Shown: in pieces, positions 26,350 through 40,000 of the stretch
Position numbering within the stretch: the first letter of the stretch is position 1
Layout: every line of letters begins with the position of its first letter
Origin: Marsupella aquatica
Taxonomy: Eukaryota; Plantae; Marchantiophyta
Reading direction: 5' to 3'
DNA length: 64,000 nt
Assembly: GCA_973895155.1 (NCBI GenBank)
Contig: OZ316891.1
Coordinates: 19,121,048-19,185,047, forward strand
Notes under the pieces: generated by a model
Seen by the model: only the letters and a program-made list of their open reading frames with translations
What the model was told of the DNA's origin: nothing
The model's database searches: none
Translations under genes and position numbers: made by a program

Positions 26350-28623
26350 TAGGACATCGTTCACTATGTGTAATTGGATTTCTTAGTTTCCAAATTAGCT
26401 TTTGTCCGTCATCAACCTTAGTAACTGGAATTTGAGAGTTTACTTCAGCAAAAAATAACACAAAGTACGTAGATTTTGTTGCTAATGCTAGTTTGAGTTC
26501 CAATTCTACAACGAAGAGTAATTAATTCCCATTTACAGTCAAGTAAGTCCTACCATTGCAGCACTATTGCCTTTTTCTATTGCCCCACTTTGGCAAGTAG
26601 TGCAACCAGCATTCATTGTTGAGTAATTCCCACCAAAGAGCTAGAGAAGGAGACAGAAAGATAATGTAAACATTACCATGCCACTCATCCACCGACTTCT
26701 ATGCATCATCCAACCCTATTTGTGATTGGGGACTTATCGTGGAAATTCAGTACACAAAAGCCATGCTAAATACATACACGAGTCCAGTCAGAAGGGATGA
26801 AAGAAAGTGTTGCAGGGACCATAGAGGGAGCAATCTCAGAAGTGATGGGATTGGAAGGGAATTGGTTTATGCTCCCCCTATTTCACCCTGTAGGGTCACC
26901 ATGCTTGAGGAGAGAGTGATTTGAGCAGTAGCAATTATGCCTGTATCAAAATGAAATATAATTAAGAAAATTATTTGGATGATATTGTGGGTTCCAACAT
27001 GTTCCCTCTTGCTTGAGATTTTGAATATATGATGCCCACACAGACTATGTGTTCCCTCATCTCTGAAATGTATCCCCCTTGATTGTTTTGATTGATTTTT
27101 CTTTGGGGCCATGTTACACTCTACATAGATTTTGCACAGAAAATTAGTATTACCAAGCCAGGTATATGCTTAATCAATGGTTTCTTACCCAATCAACCCC
27201 CTTAAACAGTTTTTGGTGAAATGTTCTTATATGAGGCATTATATCATGTACTATCAATAGCAAAAGAGAACGTGAACCCAGTTTGTGGTATAACCTGAAC
27301 CATGGGTACTAGTACTAGTACTATTGCATATTATGAAGTATGCAAACACACTTATTCTCAAAACTTTTTTTTTAATTTTGAAGCATGCAATTTTGAAGGT
27401 GAAACAACAAGCCCGGATGGATACAGAGTGACTTTTGTTGGATATATGAGCCTCCTGACAGTTTAACACAAAATCACCACTGATACTTGAAATAGATGAC
27501 CGTCTCTCATTAACATAAGCTAATCATGTTTAGACATTACGTTGCATTAGTACCCATTGACCCATTAATTCCTTCCTGGAATCGACAAGCATGCTGCCAA
27601 AATTGCTTGAGGGTTGGGCTGCTTTTGGACAGCTAGTTGGTTAGGAGAGGCTGGAAGAGAGGAGTGAGCCTGTCATGGCATATGCCCAGACCTGCTCACC
27701 AAACTTTAAATAAGGATTGTGCACTCTATTAGCCCTGGCTAATCTCAGGTTCATTAATTTGAAGGCCATCGACAAGCTCTGACTTCCTTTCTATCCAAGT
27801 GGCACTCATATAATAAATTCATTTTGTTGAGATGAATTTCAGAATTCACCACTGAAGACCGTACTGGTTCTGTCTTCAAACACAAATTAAAGTACCAAAA
27901 GTGCATCCAATGCCAAACTTACGGACTGTGCTTTCGACACAATTGCAACATACCATGCCTTGGGCTCAAATCATACTTAGCCAATTTCAGGTCACTATGG
28001 TAAATGTTCTCAGTAGTGCTCCTCACAAGGACTACCTGTAAGAAACATTCAGAGGCTCGATCTTTGGGTGACAAATGATCATTGGCGTTGATCAAGCAAG
28101 AAACTGTTGTTTGGGGGTCAATTGATCATATACCTCCTTTGGCTACTGAGAGTCCTAGATTGAATGGACATATTAGGGTCTTATGCAATCAAAGCAGAAC
28201 CACAGGACATTCCTGTTTAGGCTCACAATGGACAAACAGGTTCTCATCATGGTGGACCTTCCCACCCAGCGCCCTCACCAATCGCAACACTCATGCCTAA
28301 GTGCCCTTGGTGCCTGAACACCTCCACGGAACTCCTTGAGCAAGCAACTTGATGTCCCTTGCACCCCCGACGCCCACTCTCATACAAAGTCGCACTTGCT
28401 CCCTAACACGACCGTTGCTCAATGGTCTTCATGTCTGCACAAGCAACCAAACATTTTGGTAAGTAACCCAAAAGGATCTAGATCTCCCAAGTCTAGTATC
28501 CTAACTCAAGCTCAACAGACATTGGTAAGTAGGTCAGCAATAGGTTGGCCCGCATGGCCTTGCCATAAGCCTCAACCAGAGCCGACACCTACTAGTCGTC
28601 GAACAGCCCCTCTTTGGGAGCTC

Positions 28624-28914
28624 GGGGGTCTCACTATATGGGGACCTCCCCATCACCTGCGACGTTTTCAGGCCTCGGACCCCCTAAAATGTAAGAAAAA
28701 AAATATTATTTTTTAACCCCTATAAAGTTGGAATATTTTTGGAATATTCCAAAAATTGGATTAAAAAGACCCTAATGTTCTTATAAGTCTCAAAATTGAA
28801 TTAAAAAGACCCTATTGTTCTTCTACAAAAATTCTTAAGTCTTCCCTTATAACCAATAAAATGACCCTATCCTTCGTCGCATGTGATATGTCATTTTGTG
28901 GAAGTGAAACCCCC
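28624..28914 (+). mobile_element. MITE family A copy 1 (GGGGT(C/T)TCA termini, Tourist/Harbinger-like)
   Basis: gggggtctcac...gtgaaaccccc. Shares catcac, aaaagaccctaatgt and ttcgt.gca motifs with the copies at 51889 and ~34120-34425. Confidence 0.65.
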
Positions 28915-30293
28915 AAGTTTGGGAGCAGGCTTTGCACCCCCTAGTACGTATCCATCACCAATTGATTGCCCTGCCCCCAGGACATGCTCATGGCCCAAAT
29001 AGCGTAACTTATCCTAAAGCTTGTCCTAAAATGTCAAGACCAGAATGGTCCGACTCTAGTAACCAACTCACAGTTCTCGCTCAATTGATAGCCTAGGGGC
29101 CAAGTGCACTTGGAACTCACCTCCATGCCTACTTGGCCTTGCCCCCCCAACACAAGCTCCCTTGGGAAACTGAATGCAGCTTGGCTGCTGTTTCGGTAAG
29201 ATTTGGCAAGCAGGCAAGATAGCCCTCGCAAACCTCGAGAATCCATGGCACCCCTAGACCCAACTGATCTCAGGAGGATGTAGTCATTCTCAAGAGCTTT
29301 CCAACGCACCCAATTCAAAAGTCCTCCAACGGATCGCCGTTTTCGTTTGGCATCTCCCCTTGGTGTTGCGACATCCGTTACTCACAACTTGGGCTCACCC
29401 TTGGCCCCTAGGAAGACACCACTCCCTTCATATATGCTTTTGGAGACTTGCCACCCCCTAGACCAACTTTGGTCCCCATATTTTGGTCCCCCACTTGCTT
29501 GGGGGAGTCACTTCCACGGAAGTGGCTATGAGAAGTGGATATTTTTGAGCGAAGGGTTAACTAACCATAAATTTTAAATTTTTTAAGTTTGAGACATCAA
29601 ATGAGGCTGAAGAGGAACCTGAAGACTACTTTGAAGTGTTATACAACTCTCAAGCCCATCTGAGGTTGACTCGGATTGATATGAGAGTCGGAGGATCGAC
29701 CCGGAACTTTGCACTGAAGCCAGCAACGAGATAGCACGTCTTGAAACTCGCCTTTACTGAACATCAGCTGTCTCCTGTCGAAGTTTTAAAATCATAAGTC
29801 AAACACAGGCCAAATTACAACAGAATCCGGATATAAGGAAGGAGAGTCGACCCGGCCTCTCACACCTCTCGAAGTCGAACTTAGTAGGTTTTGAGTTCCC
29901 GAGTGCATTAGGCTGTATAAGCAGTAGAGTGAGGAGGCTCTACCCTTTTGGGTAGAGAATCTTGGGTCCGGATTATAGGACCAATCTTCCATTGCACGAT
30001 GAGAGCCTGGATATGAGAGTACTGACTGAATTGTTGTGAGGGGAATGCCTACTCCTACGCTAGGAGTGAAGGTAGGAAGTTTGAGATCCTGATCGTGGAC
30101 AAGTCGGTTGTGAGAAGGGAAGCCAGGTTGACCCGGACGCTGCTACTGAAGGCCGGATTGAGTCTGACTTCCGCCACCGTTTGATGGACCTGCACCGTGA
30201 GTGAAGGAATCTTGATTGATTTATGATGATTAGGTTGTCACCTGATCAAAAAAGCTATAGCCAGGTCGACCCGAACATCTCTGACAACTTACG

Positions 30294-33129
30294 ATGCCGA
30301 AGAGATTGAATTGTTTGAGGACGCACAATTATAGAGCTCGCTGTAGAGGAGGCATCCCATTTAATAGAAACCAGTATCTTGCTTTCATCAACTCTATGGA
30401 TGAAAAGGCGGGTCAAGCCGGAATGTCCACTTCTCGAGTTTCCAAGGGACATTCAACCTCGACATCCCCTGCACCCACGCCAATTAAAGCCCCTGTGAGA
30501 CAATCGAAGAGGAAGGAGGTCCCTGTTGCCATGAAAATCCTGAAGCCAGCTATTCCGGATAGTGAAGCTGAGAAGGTCAAACTGAGAGAGTCTTTGATCA
30601 GAATGGGCTGCGAGTCTCTAATGGAGATTCCCTGGAGTTATCAGAATGAGGACATGATCAAAGAGATATGATCCAAGGAGTTTCCGGCTGAGTTTAAAGA
30701 TACCTCCTGAACGATGGACGCAGATGATGGTTGCAGCAGCCTTTGTCCTGGAGGATGAGGGAGAAGGTCTAGTAGGAAGAGCTGTTAATCTGATCCTCCC
30801 TTACTTCAAAGGAGCCATCAACAGTAAGGACGGATTCAACGTTTCCAAGTGTGTGGACCCTGATCTGAAACGAGTCTTCAGCTTCCTATTACCCTTGCTA
30901 TATCCTGAGAAGCCAAGAAGAGTTATTGTTTGAGCTGGTTCTACCATTGTTGCTGCTTACAAGGGGGAAAGGAAGGTCAATTGGGCCAAGCTTATCTTTG
31001 ATTTAATGAGGAAGCTGGTACATAATCTTTCCAATAAGGGCCCTACTCCTCTCTCCTGCTACCTGGTACATTTGTATAGTTTTGAAGGAGTCTTGTTCAT
31101 AGAAGAGAAAAAGATACTGGTGGCCAAGTTTAACTTCATTAAGTATGAAGAAGCAAATTCAGATCCCTGGGCCCTCAGCGTTACTAATACAGGGAGGACA
31201 TGTGAACAATGCAAGGGTATTTTTAATGTAATACAAACAAATTTTTATAATAATTTTTAAAGTAGGCAACATCCCTGTATATACATTCATCACAATATTA
31301 GTAATAAGGCTCTTATCAAATACATGTCACATTATTCTTACGCAAGGGTACCCAAAATGCCAAGTACACGCGTCACTATATGTTGGGACACATACAGTCA
31401 TCACCTCATTTGCACACGTGTTCATATAGTAAATCAGACATTTAATTATTTGTTGTCTTAAGGCAAGTTTAGTTTTGTGGGACCCTTTATGGTGGGATAA
31501 ATGGTTTTGGGTAGACATGTTTACCCACATGTTTAGGAGTTAAGTCAGGAGTTGAGTAAATATTGGGAATCTGGGATTGATGGGGATTCATGGATCAACC
31601 CCACATGGACGGACAAGATTACTTTTGAATTCTCTTGAATCAAACAGCCAGGTATGAGGCTAGATGTGTTTGCGTGTGTAGGGGGGTATCGGGTGCTCAA
31701 CCAATGTTTGTTATAGTTGGTTCAGACTTTGGAGTATTATCCCTCGATTATACATATAGTACTCATGAAACCAGAAGTTTAGAGGCACTATTGCGAACAC
31801 TAAGAAGAGAGTGCATGCCTATTTATATACTATAGGAAGAACTATTCTTGTAGTGTATTAATTTTGTTCATCTATATAAAATATGTATCCTGAACATTGG
31901 GCGTAACAACCATACAAGTCCCCTATGCAGTCTCATCTATTTTAATATGATATTTGCAATTTTAAAAATTCAAGGGTGTTTTCAATTCCTTGAAAAACTC
32001 TATTATAATTTACAAAAGGATAAAATTTAATAGAAAATTTAATATTTTTACATTAACAAGGAGATTTTTTTTGTGAACAAAAATATTAAGAAGGGGTACA
32101 CGGGGGGTGTCTGTTCTCAGGGGGGTTCACTTAATGTAGTAAGAGTGAGGGCCCAGGGATCCAGATATCACTCAGGCCACCTCTGACGACAGTGAGGATG
32201 AGGAACCCGCAGAGCTGAATCCTCGAAAGACCCGGTCTTCTACTCGGAATCTTGACCCAAACTTTTTTGACCCGGCCTTTGTCGACCGGACTCACTTTCC
32301 GGATGCACCCTGACATGCCTCCCAAGACACCCTAGATGACTTCCAGATCATCTCAGACACATTTCAGAAGGTGAAGAGGAAAACCTTTGTGATGGAGAAG
32401 GCCATTACTGATATTGCTCAGAAGCTAGGAGTGAAACCAGGGCAGATCCTTGAAAAGATCTCCACTATGAGTGATGCCACAGATAAGAAGAAGATGGAGA
32501 AGGAGAATGAGTTCCTCAGGAAGTAGATATCTGAACTCAAACAGCAGTTGGAAAAGAGTAAGAAGAAAAATGAACTTGAGCACACTCTCCAACTCAGTAT
32601 CACTCAATCTTTGGATTTGATTGAGCCTTTGATTAAGATAGCCTCTGTGGATATTCTTAAGGCACAGATCTATGATGAGTATTTGGCCAAGAACTCCACA
32701 CCCATCCTCTTCTCAAAGATTAATCATTTAGTAGTAGATGTGAGTGCCAAGGTGGATGATGCATTTACAGGCCTCTCAAAGACCTGTAAGGACTTAAGGG
32801 AGCTGTGTGACTTGACTACAGAGAAGCTATTAGATGATGTTGAGATTCCTACCTTTGCCTCTAGGTCTTTCTCCCCTAGTCCTCATGAGGGAGTCTTTTC
32901 CACTGGCCCTTCATCACCCCTTAACCCTCATGGTTTTCCCACCCCCAGTACACACCTCCACTCTCATTCTTTCACTTATTCCTATGATCCAAGTGCTCAT
33001 CAGGAGAACCTGGACATTGACCCGTCCCTTCCTTTTACTATTGGACAACAGGGAGTTTTCTTCCGACTAGAGCCCCTTGCTGTGGCTAGCCCTGAGGAGG
33101 TTCCTTCCCAAAAGTTAGGATCAGAATAG
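30294..33129 (+). pseudogene. Decayed retrotransposon-associated accessory ORF with several nonsense codons and a TIR insertion
   Basis: Fragments 30294-30671, 30724-30933, 31006-31164, ~32160-32310 and ~32350-33129 read as one protein: ...IPWSYQNEDMIKEI...SKDGFNVSKC...FLLPLLYPEKPRRV...GERKVNW...PTPLSCYLVHLY..., then acidic and coiled-coil parts. It resembles multicopy TE-linked hypothetical proteins of Marchantia (from memory, not searched). No gag/RT/integrase motifs seen. Confidence 0.65.
31165..32158. mobile_element. Non-autonomous 994-bp DNA transposon with CCCTGGGCCCTCA TIRs
   Basis: Left ccctgggccctcagcgttacta; right tagtaagagtgagggcccaggg (19 of 22 match). Flanked by AT on both sides (or GATC if the ends are trimmed). 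Removing it restores the host frame ...EEANSDPDITQATSDDSEDEE. Confidence 0.85.
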
Positions 33130-34119
33130 AGTTATATCTAGAGAGTTAGAGCCACATTAGTTTAGACCTAGAAATGGCTATATGGACTAGTATATGAGTA
33201 AGTAGACTCCAGTATTTTGTTGGTGTATCCATTGGAGACTCTACTCCATTTTTGACTAGGATAGTTTACTTTTATTTACATATTTCTTTAGACTTGGGTT
33301 TTGAAAAGACATGTCTTTTCATAATCTCCACTTTTAGTACAAAAGGAGGAGATCCCGAAGTCAACCCCGGGAGAGAGAGATGCATTTGATTTCCCCATTT
33401 TGATTTTGGAGAAATCTATGTCTTTTCTTCCCTTCTTTTTACCATGGTTAAGTAAAGAGAAGTTTCAAGATTAGCAACCCTTTGAGTTGTTGTGCAATAT
33501 TCAATGAATACTAGCATGTGCCTATGATGATATTGGAAGATCAGCAAGGTCTGTGACCAATTCATATAGAAGATTCACCAAAGAGAAATTGGAATTTGCG
33601 TGAAACTCAAATAAGCAATCTTAAGGATAGTAGGAGAAGTAAACCAATTCGAGTATCCTAGTACCGTCTTAAGCAAGACCAGAAAAGTGTCCCGGGTTGA
33701 TTTACATTGTTGTCTTCTAAATTCAAGAGATGGAGAAGAGATGGAGATGATAAATAAAAAAGCATATACAATGTTGATTTCCAAATCTTAAATTAGGCCA
33801 TAATCCTTATTGAAGGAGTGGTGATGATCGGAATTCAATTTCTTTGCGCTTTGAAACCTCCTACCTACTCTCTCTAGTTTTTTATCTTTGTTAATTCTAG
33901 CGTTTATTTCTGCACTGTGAATCCTGTGGATTACCCACTTGAGTTTGTGGTTAAACACTTATGTTAAGGAGATCATTAGAAATCTCTCCAACCTAAGAAT
34001 GTTGGTGTAAACTTCTCAAATTGTGTTAATTCAGTCTTTTCGATCTTATCCACTCCAAACGGAAACTAAATCAAGTTGTTAAGGAGTAAATAGTCATTTA
34101 TCTCTTTATCACCTTGCTA

Positions 34120-34425
34120 CAGTGGCACATCACGTGCGATGAAGTATAGGCCCATTTAAATGGGTGTGACAGAAGACTTCAATCCAAAGTTTGGTGGAAG
34201 AACACATAGGATATGTTTTATTGACTGGTCAACTTTAAAGAACACATAGGCCTATTTAAATTGTAAAAATACTTTATTTAAAGTTTTTAGGGGTTTTTTA
34301 ATAAAAGAATGTCAAAATTTAAAGATAGAAAGGGTTTTGGAAAAAAATATTTTTCACTTATAAGTTAGGGGGTCAAACTCTAAAACGTCGTACGTGATGT
34401 ATGACACTCCATAGAGTGACCCCCC
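34120..34425 (-). mobile_element. MITE family A copy 2, reverse orientation, one end eroded
   Basis: The reverse complement reads gggggtcactctatgg...catcacgtacgacgtttt...gaccccctaa, matching 28624-28690. Confidence 0.6.
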
Positions 34426-36894
34426 AGCCCACTTGGACCCTAACCCACATGTCTAGGCACACCACCAATTGGCTATGTCCATAACTATCTAGTTAGGCGT
34501 TCATAGGCAGAGTACCTTAGCCCGTTGTGATTGGGGTAACCTAGTGCTCATGCCTAGGCCCTCATAACCCATCGTCACTTGGGTTCCTTGGGTGGTCACA
34601 CCTCGGCTGGGTCGTAACTCATGCCCCAAGTGTCTGTTGTGCACAAAGTAAACTCCAGTAACCTTGGGCTTAAGATGAGCTCTCACTCAAGCCCATAGAA
34701 CTCAAAGTCCGTTCAGATGGTTGACCTTGAGTCTGGCCCTTTGCCATGACCCAACCAGTGCCCAGCTAATCTAAGTCCTTAGTGTGCATTGCTAGCTTAG
34801 TGCCTTGCCTTTGCCGGTGCAACACCTCATTGCCCACAAGTCTCCCCATGCTAAGTCTTCCCCGGATGGCCGTTCTGGGCTTGGACCATAGAAAAGCTCG
34901 GCATCGGAGTCAGTGACGCTAGAGCTAAACTGTGTTAAGGTAGTCAAGTTCGACAACTCATCACAATATTACCAGAAAGAAATCAGCACCTAAGGAGAAA
35001 GTAAAATCAAGGTCAAAATATCAACAGTCATAAATGAGTCAGAAAAAAAAAACCTTGGCTGTACTCTCAACCTGTTTTTTAAGTCCACCTCTATAGGTGA
35101 TCTGAAAGCCAGTCACATAGGACATGACACATGAGCACAAGGAGACAAAATGCTTCACCCACTTCAGTCCAACTAGGATGGATAAACTTTCACACCAAGT
35201 AGCCTCCTCTCATTTTTTAAAGTGAACATTGGCAGGCTATAAATCTAGGGGAGATTGAGATCGAGATGCACAAAAGATGGCAAACTGCTGCCACCTGTCG
35301 TTTTGTAAAGTGCCCTTGTGCTGATTGAACTGAAATGAAACACACTTAGCCCCAGCTTTCCAATCGACTGGTGACATTTGAGATTGAAAAGAATCAATGG
35401 TGGTTAGCTCTATGATTGAGGACGAATCTCTTACTGTTTGGTCCTCTAGTCTGAAATATTTAGGTAGCCATTTAACTACTAATATATGTCGGACTTGGAC
35501 CACAACTTTATGTGATTCTGGCATGTGACTGAATCTTGCTGAAAAGACACTGTAAGAGATGCAATAGGAGCATTGTCAAGGAGAATTGCAATATTGGATG
35601 CCAACATTCGCTGCAGATCCTCATCAGGGTGCACAGTCCAAATGCCAAGCCTCATTAACCAGCCAATAAGAGTAAGCGTGACTCTTTAATTTGTGCTTAG
35701 TTCTGCTGAAAGGAAACCCAATCCGAACCAACTCACTGTCTAATTTTGAAGACAATTGTGAAATGTGAGAATGATCGACAAGAATGGCCAGCTCTTGTTA
35801 GCTATGAAGACCAATTTCTTACTCACTGGTCCTCTGGTCTGATAATTAAAGTACCACTGACTGACTGTAACTTATGTAGTTCTGGCTGAATATGAGAAGG
35901 CCCCAAACGAGGACTGTCAACTGAAGGTGGTCGAGGATTAGCATTGCTAAGGTAGAAGGACAGAAAGAACATCGCAGTCAACCTCAACTTACTATTCATT
36001 GCATGAAGAAGTCATAGATCAGCCGGAGTTTAAGTTCAAATCGCTCATGTGATCTAGATTCCTTCTACAACTGTAGAAATCCTTGAAAAGTATCGGACCT
36101 TGGTCATGAATTAAATATGGAAGGAAGTCAGCAGGAAGTTCGGCACGTCTGTAGTGGGAAGAACGAACGGTAGAGAGGTCAATTTTTGATCTGGATGATC
36201 CCTCTCTGAAACGGGATGGTTTCCTTTGGTGATGTTTTCGGATCTTTTTGGGGGGATTGTCCTTTTAATTACTAATTGGGATCGAGTAAATTTTATGTAA
36301 AAATTCAGGAGCGCACTCTGTGCACCGAGACTTTGCACGGAAGCAACAGACGGCTGCCAAAAGCCCACGTCTACTCTTTAGTCCTGCGTTTAATGCTTTG
36401 CATTGGCTTCCGTATTGATCAATCAATTATCCATCCATTCATCGGGATTGAGTTGTGTAACGGAGTAAAGATTGCGACAGAGGGCAGGTGCTGAGGGTTG
36501 TTTACTTTCGATCCAACTTAGTACTGGAGCCATGGACCCTGCCCAAAGTGCAGCAGCTCGAATTTCAGAGAACTTGGTCACTCAAAAGACACGTGAATGG
36601 AAGTAAAAAGAGGAGCCAGTGTTCAGAATGATATCATCATATGGCTTCTAACAAATGATAGGCTGTGCCTATCGTTGCCATTAGTCTGGTAGATTCAGAG
36701 TGGCACAGGTGCCCTGCACAGTACAATAGTTTAGAAGAATCCATGCAGCTGCTGCTTTTTGTCGGCTGGGTTTCCAGACCGAACAACCAAATCACTGAAT
36801 TCCAATTGGCTCTGTCAGTCTTACAGGTTGGATCCATCTATAGCCACGGCCAAACTATTTGCTGCAGCCGATTGCTGAGGGCAAATGTAGACTT

Positions 36895-37007
36895 TGTGCA
36901 CGTGGGTCCGCCCCAGCTCATACAGTTGTAGCTACTGTACTGATTCATTCCTATAAAACGACCGCGTGCGCGAACGCTGTCTCCCAGTAGCGAAGGAGTT
37001 TGTAAGT
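36895..37007 (+). promoter_or_regulatory. Candidate Pol II core promoter: G-box, GC box, TATA, then a splice donor
   Basis: CACGTG (~36899), CCGCCC (~36908), CCTATAAAA (~36950) and GTAAGT (~37002) occur in canonical order. No ORF is attached. Confidence 0.4.
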
Positions 37008-40000
37008 ACCTGTTCGATCAAGAGAGTGTTAGAAGCTCGATCACGCACCAGGCCTTCTTCTCTTTAGTACGATCAATGAATGATGTGATTGTCGGATGGT
37101 TTTCGACACTTCACATTCAAGCGGTATAGAAGAGAGGGTGTGTTTGCAGACTGAGTTAGTTAGCACCTGTACCGTGAGGACCGGGTACTTACAGAGTCAG
37201 TAAGATCTTGCAGAGTAATGTTCCCCGTTTCGAAATGGGTCGAGCTGTTGATTAATATCGAGATTTGTTGATGATCCAGTTCTATAGTTCGTTTGCAATA
37301 AGAGGCATTCCTTGTCCCTGTGACAAAGGTAGTCTTTAGATTATTCTAATGCGCGGAGAAAATGCATTCATTGCAGCTCGATACCTCTCGAATTGGGACT
37401 GTAATTTGTCATCCATCGATGCTGTCAGCTAGCGCCCTGTTTCGATCATCGTCGAAGAGGCTCAGTGGATTTGGTCTTGTCAGCTTTGAGATATACGCAG
37501 TCATTCTTGTCGGAGGACCCACTTGGCGCTTAAAGAATTCTGCACTGGTGGAAATCTGCAAGTCCAACTAGGGTGAATTTACACTTCTATGTTTGTCTTT
37601 ATAGCAACAATGAGGTGACTGAAAGAGTAGCTTATTGATTGTTTCATGAGTGGTCACGGTTAATATTTTTCTTCTCCGGTATAGGATGAGCGTTTCGAAA
37701 GTGTACTCCAGTCCAATACTCCAGTCGAAACGTAGCTCGGCAGGATTTGCTAATCTATCGACTGTGAAGTGGGAGGTTAGGAATACCCAATGGAGATTTT
37801 GTCGAGAAGAGAATTCACACCTCTGAAACGGTAAGGACAATGGATTTCCTGATAACCTGTGGTGCTGCAAGTGCTACAGTTCATGGATGAATCTTGAATT
37901 TTTGTGCATCTCCTCAGTCTGTCTCTGATTATTCGGGGAAGGTAGACTGTTGTGATGTTGCAATCAGTGTGCCAAAGTGGCCTTAGTTTGGAGTTTAAAT
38001 TCAAACTGGACAGCTTTGGTTTGAATATATTCCGTTGATTCAGCTCCGTTTGCCTTGCAAAAACACACATTCACCGAATTATTTATCTTCGTTATCCTAG
38101 CTTGCTGAAAGATGCTAGGGAGGTTCTTGCAAGGTCATGGGATTCGATATATTCATACTGAACAGAGGCAGCGCTTAACGTAAGTGTACTTTCCATTTAC
38201 TTGATGGTGAGAGTCTGAGTCATGATCCGATATTCAGGAAGTGATTAATATTAAGGGATGAACTCGTCACGGGCAGGCTTGTCACACTAAACGGCCCCAA
38301 AACCAAATGTTTTGCAACTCAGAATCTATCCAATCGCGTCTATCCAATCGCGCTTTGTTTGCCAAGTGATGAAATTGGCGAAGTGAGTATTTTCTGTTAC
38401 TTAAACATTTTATTATAGGGAAGCTTGATGATTTGTTTAGGAGGATTCTAGTACAATGTCGGTATCTTCGTCCACGCGGGCGTCCCCGAACTGGCGACGG
38501 TCACGCATATCAACATGCTGAGGCGAGAGCAATGCAAGGAGAAGTATCGTGCATGACTTGACCCGTGAGCTGCTTGACCACGCCTACCAGCTCTCTGTCG
38601 ATCTGTTTCGTCGTCAAGAAGCTCACGGGTCATATCATAGACGGTACATGATGATTCAAGCAAGTCATAGGCTACGATCAAGAAAAATTGTGACACTGCG
38701 TCTGTTATGAGGTTCTCGTTGTGACCCACGTGAGATGTGCAATGCACAAGGCTGCAGCTCAAGATCGATTACGGAGACTTTCTATCGGGACCACGATGCC
38801 CATAACAACGGTGCACAGAATCGCGTCCGATTGAGTGCTTTAAAGCTTGGTGGAGCGTCGATGTCTTCTGAAAGCAGCTCTTAGTTAGTATCGTGCAGGA
38901 CTTGACTTGTGGGCTTCCTGACAGCATCAAGTACTAAGTATTTTGAGTCGTCAAGAAGCCCACGGGTCGCGTCCTGCACATACCGGTCACCGAATCCTTG
39001 ACGTCATTTCCCCGGTTAAAAGCACCTTGGCGCATATTTGACGTTTGAGACAACTAATCTAGGCTACAAGCTTCTCTACAGGAATATGGCCCACGATGTT
39101 TCAGATGGTTAGAAAGCTAGGCTGTTAGCAGACGTCAGTGTTGTGGTGGAGTGTAGAATTGAATGTAGTTCTCGCCCCCCCAACAGTTTTCTAGCTTTCT
39201 GTAACCTCAGAGCCTGTAGTGTTCTATGTAGTGACATTCAGATTCAACACCCGATTCAACACCACAGAAACGGATTATTATGCGTAGGTTAGGTGTCGCA
39301 TACTATAATTAAGGCTGAATCTATTTTGACTAATAGTATTACTGTAGCTTGCTTAGTGGCTGAATTGATTATATCAAATTATCGATCCATTTGATGATGC
39401 ACCATGTGTGTACATTACAATCATTAAACCTCGTATCGACTTTTGCAAAGAACTTTCATTTGGTTACCCGTATGCGAACTTCAAAATACCTGAAGCGCTA
39501 TGTATGGCGTCACTTTATCTTTTGATAGCAATCAATCTGAGATGTCACTGTAGACAACTGTCTCCTCAATATTAGCTTCAGGTCAATGAAAATCTGAAGT
39601 TCTCCGCGAATTGCTGGGGATCAACAAAATGTCCAGTGACATGATGTCATCCTTGGGACGCGGCAATCATTTACAACATATAACAGCATTAGTGATGTGC
39701 TAACTGCTAACTCAATAGAATGTCACAGAATCAAGCAGACTTTCCGAGTAGTGATTGCAATCGGATGGAGTCCTACTTAACTCGATGATGACTGAGGCGT
39801 GTGAACCTAGCTAGATAGACCTCATGTGATCGGTGTTAGGTCACTGTGGGTAGATACCCTAATAACGATTTTCACACTGAGGTACTTTCACTCTATCTGA
39901 AAGACGGACATTCGACGTCACTCCGCTTAAGCATGTTATCCAATGCAGTGACATGAACCGGTGGATATCTGAAGACCTTCCTTACGCGAAGGCGTATCGC

